This document shows positions 26,731 through 35,469 of a stretch of DNA of 44,331 nucleotides, in pieces. The stretch comes from a bacterium (lineage in GTDB: Bacteria; Zhuqueibacterota; Zhuqueibacteria; Oceanimicrobiales; Oceanimicrobiaceae): the NCBI GenBank assembly GCA_046757025.1, contig JBHHXN010000024.1, positions 1 through 44,331 on the forward strand. The letters run 5' to 3'. The first letter of the stretch is position 1. Each line of letters starts with the position of its first letter. The position numbers were made by a program, and so were the translations under genes. Below the pieces are notes generated by a model, which had not been told where the DNA came from, made no database searches, and saw only the letters and a list, made by a program, of their open reading frames with translations.

Positions 26731-28365
26731 TTGTTGACACGTTTACTTTCAAAATGGTTGATGGCGTTTTTCGCCAGTTTAGTTTTAACAGGGAGTTTTG
26801 CCGGGTCATGGTCCGTCCGCGGCGCGGTGGTCTTTGCGGAGAAAAGCGAGCCGGCCGTCTACGGCGGTACACTGATAATAGGCATCACCAGCGACGTCGA
26901 TTCCTTCAATCCTCTGTTCGGGGAAACCGCTTTTTCGCAGGAAATAACCCATTTGCTGCTCCTGGGCCTGGCTGATCTCAACGAAAACTCAGAGTTTGTA
27001 CCAGAGCTGGCCACTCACTGGGAACGGTCACACGATTATCGAAAATTAACCTACTATCTTAGAAAAGATGCGGTCTGGTCCGACGGTGTGCCCATCACGG
27101 CTGAGGATGTGAAATTTACTTTCGACCTGCTGATGGACCGCACTGTTGCCAGCCCGAGACAGGGGGTGACCGATTTTATCAAACGCGTAGTCGTGAATGA
27201 CGCCCACAGCGTGACTTTTGAATTTAGCCAATCCTATCCCGATCAAATTTTTGATACCGCTGGCGAAATTCTACCGCGGCACCTTCTGGAACAGGTTCCC
27301 CGGGCTCGTTTGAGAAACCATCGTTTTGGGAGAAATCCACTTTCTTCCGGACCCTTTTTGTTGAAAAAATGGCTGCCACAGCAGTACATCGAATTAATCC
27401 CAAATCCTATGTATTTTGCTGGACGCCCTTACTTAGACCGGGTCATTTTTAAAATTGTGCCGGATGTCAGCAATTTGTTGATTCAAATGCAAACCGGGGA
27501 AATCGATATGATGATCGGCGTACCGCCCGGCGAAGTTGACCGCTTGCTTAAAAAGAATCCACAAGTGAAGATCTATCCGGTTTCCGGACGGATTTACTAT
27601 TACATCGGCTACAATTTGCAGAATCCGTTATTTGCCAGTGTTGCTGTCAGACGGGCGCTCACCTTGGCCATCGATCGACAGGGCATCATAGATGCGTTGT
27701 TGTTTGGATATGGTCGGGTTTGTGTGGGACCGGTACCGCCTATCTTGCAGTGGGCGGTGAATGATGAGATCAAAGAAATCCCATTTGATCCTGAGCAAGC
27801 GCAAAAACTTTTAGCTGCAGAGGGCTGGCTTGATCGCGACAAAGATGGCTGGCTCGATAAGCAGGGACAGCCATTCAAATTTATTTTGAAAACCAACACC
27901 GGCAATCAGCTCAGATCGGATATCGCTGTTATCGTGCAAGACCGTCTCAAGAAAATCGGCATTGCGGTTGAAATTGAAACCATTGAACGGGCGGCGCTAA
28001 TCAAAGCGCTGCGTTCAAAAAATTTTGAGGCGTTTATGGGCGGCTGGAGTACCTCCCTCAACCTGGATCCCACGCCGATTTTCCACTCTGCCTCAACGGA
28101 ACAATTTAATTTTGGCAATTACTCCAATCCCGAAGTGGACCAACTCATTGAACAGGGTCGCATGGAAGTGGAGCGCACACAGGCGATAAAAACCTGGCAA
28201 AAATTCCAGCAGATTATTTATCAGGAACAGCCTTATACTTTTCTTTTCTGGAAGGATCGCCTCATTGCCGTGAACGCACAGTTCAAAAATGTGAATCCCA
28301 TTCCATTGAGCGCGCTGTACGAGCTGGAGAAATGGTACCGTTCCGGTCATGAGTTGACGAATTAG
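26731..28365 (+). CDS. oppA: peptide/nickel ABC transporter substrate-binding protein (family 5)
   Basis: Signal peptide; PELATHW, WSDGVPITAEDVKFTF, GPFLLKKW and VRRALTLAIDR motifs. Confidence 0.9.
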   Translation: MLTRLLSKWLMAFFASLVLTGSFAGSWSVRGAVVFAEKSEPAVYGGTLIIGITSDVDSFNPLFGETAFSQEITHLLLLGLADLNENSEFVPELATHWERSHDYRKLTYYLRKDAVWSDGVPITAEDVKFTFDLLMDRTVASPRQGVTDFIKRVVVNDAHSVTFEFSQSYPDQIFDTAGEILPRHLLEQVPRARLRNHRFGRNPLSSGPFLLKKWLPQQYIELIPNPMYFAGRPYLDRVIFKIVPDVSNLLIQMQTGEIDMMIGVPPGEVDRLLKKNPQVKIYPVSGRIYYYIGYNLQNPLFASVAVRRALTLAIDRQGIIDALLFGYGRVCVGPVPPILQWAVNDEIKEIPFDPEQAQKLLAAEGWLDRDKDGWLDKQGQPFKFILKTNTGNQLRSDIAVIVQDRLKKIGIAVEIETIERAALIKALRSKNFEAFMGGWSTSLNLDPTPIFHSASTEQFNFGNYSNPEVDQLIEQGRMEVERTQAIKTWQKFQQIIYQEQPYTFLFWKDRLIAVNAQFKNVNPIPLSALYELEKWYRSGHELTN

Positions 28366-28438
28366 TTCATCACATGTCAACCAAAAGTTAGCGCGATTCG
28401 CCGCTGCTGTTCCTGGCAGACCGCCGACGTGCATTAGT

Positions 28439-29269
28439 TTGATGACGCCTTCAACCCCTCTCTGCCAGCCAATTTTATTAAATGTAAAAAATCTAACCAT
28501 AAAAATTGCGGGTGGAAACCATTTAGTGGTTCAGAACCTTTCGTTTCAAATCAGTCCTGGTGAAACCCTGGCTTTGGTGGGTGAGTCGGGTTCGGGGAAG
28601 ACCTTGACCGCTCTTGCTTTGTTGGGTTTGTTGCCGCCGCACATTCACCTGGTCGGCGGGCAGGTGGAATTTTTGCAGAAGCGTGTGACCCTCAGCGGCG
28701 AAGTTGCGTTTGCTCATTTGCGCGGCAAGCACATCGCTATGATCTTTCAAGAGCCGCACGCCGCCCTCAATCCCGTTTTCAGAGTGGGCACACAGATCCG
28801 GGATGTTGTGCAAACACATCTTGGGTTGCGCAAAAAGGCGGCTAAAAATTACACCGCGGAATTGCTGTCGCAGGTGGGATTTGCAGAGCCGCACGCCATC
28901 GCCAAAAAATATCCCCATGAGCTCAGCGGCGGTATGGCGCAGCGCATTCTCATCGCCATTGCTTTGAGCTGCAATCCGCAGCTTATCATTGCCGACGAAC
29001 CCACCACTGCGCTGGATGCAACCTCGCAATTACACATTCTGAAGCTCATCGAAAACTTGCAAATCGCACACCGTTTTGCGCTTCTGCTGATCAGCCATGA
29101 TATCGGGCTGGTGGAAAAATTGGCTGACACGGTGGTGGTTTTGAAAAACGGCAAGGCTGTGGAGTACAGTTCAGCAGAACAGCTGTTTCATAGTCCAACG
29201 CACGAATATACGCGGGAATTGATCAATGCCTGCTGCCGGCGAGCGGCATCAAAGGTAAAGGTGATTTGA
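28439..29269 (+). CDS. oppD: oligopeptide ABC transporter ATPase
   Basis: GESGSGKT, YPHELSGGMAQR, DEPTTALD, HEYTREL. Confidence 0.9.
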   Translation: MMTPSTPLCQPILLNVKNLTIKIAGGNHLVVQNLSFQISPGETLALVGESGSGKTLTALALLGLLPPHIHLVGGQVEFLQKRVTLSGEVAFAHLRGKHIAMIFQEPHAALNPVFRVGTQIRDVVQTHLGLRKKAAKNYTAELLSQVGFAEPHAIAKKYPHELSGGMAQRILIAIALSCNPQLIIADEPTTALDATSQLHILKLIENLQIAHRFALLLISHDIGLVEKLADTVVVLKNGKAVEYSSAEQLFHSPTHEYTRELINACCRRAASKVKVI

Positions 29270-30309
29270 GCATGCCGTCGCCAGAAATAATTCTTAAAGT
29301 AGAAAATTTAACCAGAACTTTTAACAGAGTGCAACCGTTCGGGCAGAAAAGATGTCCGCGGCCGGCACTCAATAAAATCAATTTGAATGTTTACAAAAAT
29401 GAGTGTCTGGCTGTGGTGGGCGAATCCGGCAGCGGAAAAACCACCCTGGGCAAATGTCTCATTCGATTGCAGAAAGCTGAATCGGGCAGAGTCCTGCACC
29501 AAGGGGTGGATCTCTTGCAAATGAACGAGAAAGCATTTCGACGATTTCGGCGGCGGTTTCAGATGATTCATCAGAATTACACACAAGCTTTGAATCCAAG
29601 ACAAACGGTGGGAGCGTGTTTGCGCGAGTCGCTGAAAGTGCATGGATGTGTTTCGAAAACAGCTCTTCGCCTCCGCACACAGGAACTGCTACAGCTGGTG
29701 GGATTAAACACGGAACATCTTTCGCGCTTTCCACATGAGCTGAGCGGCGGTCAGCGCCAGCGTGTGGCCATAGCCCGCGCCCTCACCACTTCTCCCAAAT
29801 TTTTAATAGCCGACGAACCGACTTCCAGTTTGGATGATTTGATTCAGCGTCAAATTGTTCAGTTATTGCATGACCTGCGCAAGCGGTTAGGCCTCACCGT
29901 TTTGCTCATTTCACACGACCTGACGCTGGTTGCTGAAATCGCCGACCGGATCGCCGTGATGTATGGCGGCGCCATTATAGAGCTGGCATCGGCGGAAAAA
30001 ATACTGCGGTCGCCCATGCATCCTTACACGAAATTGTTGATACAATGCATGGGCTATCAAGTGGATGACGCAGATGTTCTCCACCTGGAGCAAGAGACTG
30101 GAATCCAAGAGCGGGAGTCTGATCAAGCTGCATGCGTTTATGCACACTGCTGCCCGCGGGCATTCGAATACTGCTTTCAAAGGCCACCTGCTTTACAACG
30201 GGTTTCGGAAGAACACTGGGTTGCCTGTCACGTTGCGGTATTGCCTCGGTCTCCGTTGGTGGCGGACCAAACAACGGTAGCAAATATTGAACATCAAGTG
30301 AAACATTAA
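29266..30309 (+). CDS. oppF: oligopeptide ABC transporter ATPase with a Cys-rich C-terminal domain
   Basis: GESGSGKT, ELSGGQRQR, DEPTSSLD, HPYT, CVYAHCCP...C...VACH. Confidence 0.9.
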   Translation: MSMPSPEIILKVENLTRTFNRVQPFGQKRCPRPALNKINLNVYKNECLAVVGESGSGKTTLGKCLIRLQKAESGRVLHQGVDLLQMNEKAFRRFRRRFQMIHQNYTQALNPRQTVGACLRESLKVHGCVSKTALRLRTQELLQLVGLNTEHLSRFPHELSGGQRQRVAIARALTTSPKFLIADEPTSSLDDLIQRQIVQLLHDLRKRLGLTVLLISHDLTLVAEIADRIAVMYGGAIIELASAEKILRSPMHPYTKLLIQCMGYQVDDADVLHLEQETGIQERESDQAACVYAHCCPRAFEYCFQRPPALQRVSEEHWVACHVAVLPRSPLVADQTTVANIEHQVKH

Positions 30310-30315
30310 CGAACC

Positions 30316-31287
30316 TTGAAAATCCTGACTTATCTTTTGCGACGATTTCTGGTGTCTGCGACGCTGGTTTGGGGTGTACTCAGCCTGACTTTTTTACTCA
30401 TTCACCTCACAGGCGACCCTACCGCGATTTATCTGAATCCGCAGATGGATGAAAAAACCCTTGCGGCGATTCGGCGTCAAATGGGTTTCGACCTCTCTCT
30501 GTGGCAGCAGTATTTCGTCTGGTTGCGCGGATTTATAACCGGCCATTTTGGATTTTCGTTTGTACAAATGCGACCCGTAAGCGATATTTTCGCCGAAGCC
30601 CTGCTGAACACCTTTCAGCTAACCGTAGTGGTTTTTGGTGTGCAGTTGTTTGGCGGAGTGTTGCTCGGAGTCTGCACGGGCATTAAACGCCGATCGAAAT
30701 TGGATGTGATGGTCAATTCGTTTTTACTTTTTATCTATTCTATGCCGGGATTTTGGCTGGCGTTGATCGCCATCATGATCTTCTCGCTCAAATTGCGCTG
30801 GCTGCCTTCGAGCCAGATGCAATCTATCGTAGGGGTAGAGGGATTTTGGCCGCAGTTAGCGGATCGAATCAAACATTTAATTCTTCCCGTGTTGGTTCTG
30901 GCGATGCCGTTTCTGGCTTACACTACGCGTTTTGTTCGTGCTGGTATTTCAGAGGTGCTGGCTCAAGATTACATTCGAACCGCCCTGGCGTTCGGTATTC
31001 GGCGCCGCAAAATCTGGTTCAAATACGCCCTGAAAAATGCCTTGCTGCCGCTGGTCACGATAGGCGGTTTGTATTTGCCTTTTTTACTGGGTGGCGCTGT
31101 GATAACGGAATACATTTTTGCCTGGCCAGGAATGGGCAGTTTAGCCATCAACGCCATTTATGCGCATGATTTTCCGGTCGTTCTGGCCAGTACGTTCATC
31201 GCCGCGTTATCGGTGATTGCTGGAAATTTTTTGGCCGATTTGCTCTATTTTCTGGCGGATCCCCGCATTAAAAAACCAGCGGTTTGA
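30316..31287 (+). CDS. oppB: oligopeptide ABC transporter permease
   Basis: YLLRRFL, GDP, HLILP, DYIRTALAFG, LKNALLP, FAWPGMG, DPRI. Confidence 0.9.
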   Translation: MKILTYLLRRFLVSATLVWGVLSLTFLLIHLTGDPTAIYLNPQMDEKTLAAIRRQMGFDLSLWQQYFVWLRGFITGHFGFSFVQMRPVSDIFAEALLNTFQLTVVVFGVQLFGGVLLGVCTGIKRRSKLDVMVNSFLLFIYSMPGFWLALIAIMIFSLKLRWLPSSQMQSIVGVEGFWPQLADRIKHLILPVLVLAMPFLAYTTRFVRAGISEVLAQDYIRTALAFGIRRRKIWFKYALKNALLPLVTIGGLYLPFLLGGAVITEYIFAWPGMGSLAINAIYAHDFPVVLASTFIAALSVIAGNFLADLLYFLADPRIKKPAV

Positions 31288-32165
31288 GGGTTTTGGTGAA
31301 CATGTCTGAAAAAGTTAAAACATCGTTTGGATTTCATCGTCACTTCTGGCCGCGGTTTTTTCAGCAAACCTCTGTGAAAGCGGGATTGCTTTTGATCCTG
31401 GTCGTAACCGCCGGCTGTGCTTTTAGCAATGTGTTGACGATTTATCCGCCAAACCAGCAGGGCGATCTTCTGACATCACGCTATTTACCCCCCAGCAGCG
31501 AACACCCATTTGGCACCGACAAATTCGCTCGCGACGTGTTCAGCCGGGTTTTGTATGGCGGACGGATTTCTTTGATCATCGCCTTCAGCGTCGTGGCGCT
31601 ATCCATTTCTCTGGGCGTGCTCTATGGCACGGTTTCGGGTTATGCCGGCGGCTTCGTCGATGTTCTGATGATGCGGGTTCTGGATTTTTTATTGGCCTTT
31701 CCCGCTATTTATTTGGTTCTGACGGTGGTGACGGTGTGCCACGCCAATCACTGGTATTTGATTCCGGTTCTGGGCTTGACCGGCTGGATGGAAACCGCAC
31801 GGATGGTTCGTGCGGAGGTCATTTCCATAAAAGAAAGAGATTTTGTTTTGGCTGCGAAAGGCCTCGGTTTCAGTCATTTTCGAATTTTGTTTTTTCACAT
31901 CGTTCCCAACTGTTTGAATCCCGTTATCGTGACGGCCACCTTCAAAGTTGGCGAGGTCATTCTACTGGAATCGGCGTTGAGCTTTCTGGGATTGGGTGTG
32001 CAGCCGCCCACGCCGAGCTGGGGCAGCATCATCAACGACGGTCGGCAAGCGTTGTTAAATGCCTGGTGGGTTTCAACTTTTCCAGGAATGTTTATTGTGC
32101 TGGTGGTCATCGGCTTCAATTTAATCGGGGAAGGTTTGCGCGTTTGTTTAAATCCCCGAGAATAA
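31284..32165 (+). CDS. oppC: oligopeptide ABC transporter permease
   Basis: HPFGTDKFARDVFSRVLYGGRISL, LSFLGLGVQPPTPSWG. Confidence 0.9.
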   Translation: MRVLVNMSEKVKTSFGFHRHFWPRFFQQTSVKAGLLLILVVTAGCAFSNVLTIYPPNQQGDLLTSRYLPPSSEHPFGTDKFARDVFSRVLYGGRISLIIAFSVVALSISLGVLYGTVSGYAGGFVDVLMMRVLDFLLAFPAIYLVLTVVTVCHANHWYLIPVLGLTGWMETARMVRAEVISIKERDFVLAAKGLGFSHFRILFFHIVPNCLNPVIVTATFKVGEVILLESALSFLGLGVQPPTPSWGSIINDGRQALLNAWWVSTFPGMFIVLVVIGFNLIGEGLRVCLNPRE

Positions 32166-32195
32166 AAGTCGCAGTCGGTTGGGGGTGGCCTCTGT

Positions 32196-32222
32196 TAAAG
32201 CAAAAAGGGTGACGGTCGATAC
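32196..32222 (+). promoter_or_regulatory. sigma28-like promoter facing the sigma54 activator gene
   Basis: TAAA-N15-GTCGATAC (6/8 match to GCCGATAA, correct spacing). Confidence 0.4.
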
Positions 32223-32301
32223 ATTATTAAAATGAAGGACCCGTTGAAAAAATAGCCTTTCCCGAACTTGTCTCGGGACTCAGGCTGAAGGTTTCTTTGA
32301 T

Positions 32302-32385
32302 TTTAACGTAGAGGCCGCGGAGAGCGCAGAGCGTCTCGCAGAGTGAGATATTTTTCTCTGCGTCCTAGGCGGCCTCTGCGTTAAA
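32302..32385. repeat. long palindromic REP-like element
   Basis: TTTAACGTAGAGGCCGC...GCGCAGAG ... CTCTGCG...GCGGCCTCTGCGTTAAA. Confidence 0.7.
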
Positions 32386-32409
32386 GAGAAAGGTTAGAAT
32401 AAGTAAAGA

Positions 32410-32564
32410 GTGTCTGAGCGAAAACGACCCGATCTTTCCGAAGGCCTGCTGGACGAGGGTGAATGTCTGCCTCGCTCGGCGGGGCCTGTCCTGAGCTTTG
32501 TCGAAGGGATTCCTTTGCGAAGTGGTTTTTAATTCGCGCATTTCGCGAGTTTTCGGACAGATAC
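32410..32564. mobile_element. MITE-like element
   Basis: Imperfect TIRs GTGTCTGAGCGAAAAC / GTTTTCGGACAGATAC (13/16); contains CCTGAGCTTTGTCGAAGG, related to the core at about 43876-43892. Confidence 0.55.
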
Positions 32565-32740
32565 GAAATAACCACTCAATCACTCTAATTTTGCAATAGT
32601 AAGGAAATCTCTTTCTTATGAATTGTTAAAATACGAATTCATCAGCAGGGCCTTATTTGATTTTGTTTAAATTATCTGACTGCGAGACTTGAGTTATTAA
32701 TTAAATCATTTGCGCTGGAGCCAATTTACTTTCATGTTGT

Positions 32741-33820
32741 TTGACGTTTTTCAAAATGATGCCTGCTGTGAAAACGCCCGGTGAATTTCAGGAACAAATC
32801 ATAGGTCAATCCGCAGTGATCAAGCGGCTGTTGGCCACGGTTGCAAAAATTGCCGGCAGCGCTTCCATTACTACCCTGATCGTTGGTGAAAGCGGCACTG
32901 GCAAAGAGATGGTGGCCCGTCGAATCCACGAATTAAATGCTACCCCTGAGCAGCCGTTTGTGGATATCAATTGCGGTGCGATACCGGAGACGCTACTCGA
33001 GTCGGAGTTGTTTGGCTATGAAAAGGGCGCGTTTACCGGCGCGGAAACCAGCAAGAAAGGCCTGTTTGAGCTGGCCAATGGCGGCACCATTTTTCTCGAT
33101 GAAATTGACAACACTAGCCTGAATTTTCAAACGAAATTGTTGAAGGCCGTGGAGTACAAGCGATTTCGGCGCATCAACGGGTTGGCGGAAATTCAGGTGT
33201 CCACGCGCATCATTGCCGCCACCAATATCGATTTAATGGAGGCCATCAGGGCTGGTCGTTTTCGCGAGGATCTTTACTATCGTTTAAACGTGTGTCAGAT
33301 TTACGTGCCCCCGCTGCGCAGTCGCGGCGATGACGTACTGATCCTGGCGCAATATTTTATCGAGCGCTTTAATCGCGAGTACGAGCGCGAAGTAAAAGGC
33401 CTGGCCCCGTCTGCGGTGAAAGTCATGAAATCCTACGCCTGGCCCGGAAACATCCGCCAGTTAAAAAATGCCATCGAGCGTGCCGTGCTGGTGGAATGCG
33501 ATGAATGGATCGAAGCCGAGCATCTGATGCTGGACCCGGATGGGCAGAGCAAAAATCTTTGGCCGGAATGCGACCAAACCGCCCCACCGGTAACGGTGGT
33601 CAATTCGGATTTCAAACTGTTTGAAATTCCAGCAGAAGGGATTTCTCTTGAAAAAGTGGAAAGGGATTTAATCCTGAGCGCGCTGGCCAGAACCAATGGC
33701 AACGTGAGTCGGGCCGCGCGCCTCTTGCAAATCAACCGCGGCAAATTGCGCTACCGCATGGAGCGGCTGGGCATCACATCTCAGAATATTCATGAGTTGA
33801 AAGCTAAATCTTTTAGCTGA
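32741..33820 (+). CDS. sigma54-dependent transcriptional activator (AAA+ and Fis HTH) lacking an N-terminal regulatory domain
   Basis: GESGTGKE, LESELFGYEKGAFTGA, FLDEI, FREDLYYRL, WPGNIRQL, GNVSRAARLL; the AAA+ domain starts within about 20 residues of the N-terminus; exact start uncertain. Confidence 0.92.
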   Translation: MTFFKMMPAVKTPGEFQEQIIGQSAVIKRLLATVAKIAGSASITTLIVGESGTGKEMVARRIHELNATPEQPFVDINCGAIPETLLESELFGYEKGAFTGAETSKKGLFELANGGTIFLDEIDNTSLNFQTKLLKAVEYKRFRRINGLAEIQVSTRIIAATNIDLMEAIRAGRFREDLYYRLNVCQIYVPPLRSRGDDVLILAQYFIERFNREYEREVKGLAPSAVKVMKSYAWPGNIRQLKNAIERAVLVECDEWIEAEHLMLDPDGQSKNLWPECDQTAPPVTVVNSDFKLFEIPAEGISLEKVERDLILSALARTNGNVSRAARLLQINRGKLRYRMERLGITSQNIHELKAKSFS

Positions 33821-33886
33821 AAAAGATTGATAGCAGAATTGTTGAATTGAACGATTCTTTAGGATGGCTGGTGGTTTTTTTGAAAT

Positions 33887-35335
33887 TCAGGAATTATCTG
33901 CAGTGACAAGGGTTTCCGCATTTGACCACTTGTCAATCGTGGCGATAAGTTGCTTTTTTTTCAGTGGCTTGCACATATAATCATCCATTCCGTGTAGTTG
34001 ACACTTTTCGCGGATTTCCGGTTTGTTATGGGCTGTAAGCGCAATTATCGGAGTACGCCCATACCCGGATTCTTTTTCAATTTTTCTAATTTCTTGAGCG
34101 GCTTGAAAACCGTTCATCACTGGCATTTCCATATCCATAAAAATTAGAGAGGGCAATTTATTTTTGAACTGGCTCACTGCTTGCTGGCCATTTTCAGCAA
34201 AAATCAAATTATACCCTCCATGTTTCTTAATAAACAATTCGATCAAATTCCGGTTGCAAGCGGAATCGTCCACGACAAGGAGCATGGGTTTCTGGCGCAA
34301 CCATTTTGTGAGAAATTGATTGAAATCCATTTTTTCATCGCGAATGATCACAAAATCATCCAGGTTGTGGTTCCGGCATTTTTCTCGAATGCCAGGCATG
34401 TCTTGATACGCATAGGCGATAATTTGCACATGATGCTCATGAGTTTCGCTCTCAATTTTTCTGATTTCTTTCACAACCTGAAAGCTGTCAAAAGCGGAGC
34501 TAAGCACATTCATCAAAATCAAATGGTAATTGAATTTTTTCACTGCTTCCAGCACCAGTGACTTGGTGTCAGCGATTACGCAGGTATGACCAGCGCCTTC
34601 TAAAATATTTTTCATAAAATTCTGTTTGTCGCGATGGTCTTCAACTAGTAAAATTGTGGGGTGACGAGTTTGCAGAGTTTGGTTGGTGTTCCTTTCTTCT
34701 TTGTCCTGTTCAGAATTTTCAGCGATTACATTTGAGCACGAGATGTTTTGAATCTTCACTTCGAGCTGTTTATTGAGATTTTCAAGTTCCAAGTTTCTTT
34801 TTTGGAGTGTTTGATTTTGCTGAATTACACTGTCAAAGGTTGAAAACAACAAATCCAGGATTTGGTGCTTTTCCGACTCGATGACATGATCTTCCCCAGC
34901 GTAATGAAAGAGTACCCCGCTCGACGAAGTACCGGTTTTTCGTAATCGGCGGGTGTTAAAAATATTCTCAATACGGGTTATGAGGTTTGCTGCGTCAAAG
35001 GGTTTCATAACGATATGATCCACCGCGCTTGCCAGACCTTTAAAAAGATCTGCCGTGTGTAACAAACTGGTTAACAACATAACCGGCGTGTCATGTAGTT
35101 CAGGGATGCGCTTGCTTGCCTTGCATAAGTCGTAACCGTTCATATCCGGTAAAATTAAGCTGCTGATGATCAAATTTGGGACATTGGTTTTTAACAACTC
35201 AAGCGCCTCTTTACCGTTGTGTGCCAAGTCACATTGGAAATGACGCTGAATTAAAATCCTTTTCAAAAACAATGCTTGTGTTGAACTGTTTTCTACAATT
35301 AGAATATCCATTTTCTGTTTGTTAAAAACGCTCAT
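33887..35335 (-). CDS. protein with three receiver domains
   Basis: REC1 (IVENSS...IISSLILPDMNG), coiled coil, REC2 (LVEDH...ILMNV) and canonical REC3 (VVDDS...FMDMEMPVMNG...CKP). Confidence 0.85.
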   Translation of the reverse strand: MSVFNKQKMDILIVENSSTQALFLKRILIQRHFQCDLAHNGKEALELLKTNVPNLIISSLILPDMNGYDLCKASKRIPELHDTPVMLLTSLLHTADLFKGLASAVDHIVMKPFDAANLITRIENIFNTRRLRKTGTSSSGVLFHYAGEDHVIESEKHQILDLLFSTFDSVIQQNQTLQKRNLELENLNKQLEVKIQNISCSNVIAENSEQDKEERNTNQTLQTRHPTILLVEDHRDKQNFMKNILEGAGHTCVIADTKSLVLEAVKKFNYHLILMNVLSSAFDSFQVVKEIRKIESETHEHHVQIIAYAYQDMPGIREKCRNHNLDDFVIIRDEKMDFNQFLTKWLRQKPMLLVVDDSACNRNLIELFIKKHGGYNLIFAENGQQAVSQFKNKLPSLIFMDMEMPVMNGFQAAQEIRKIEKESGYGRTPIIALTAHNKPEIREKCQLHGMDDYMCKPLKKKQLIATIDKWSNAETLVTADNS

Positions 35336-35469
35336 TTTGATACTTGTCTTAGTTAGTGTGATGACCCGTAGGTTGATTTTTCATTCTTAATAATTGCCTT
35401 GGTTGCTCCCATAGGAAGTCATCATGCCAAAACGCTTGTTCTGGAGATTTTATTGGCGAATCTTTATTT

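Noticed and set aside
32365..32583. Small ORFs over palindromic elements (also 16567..16758 and 43957..44184)
   Set aside because: The translations derive wholly or partly from repeat or MITE sequence and have no recognised protein motif.
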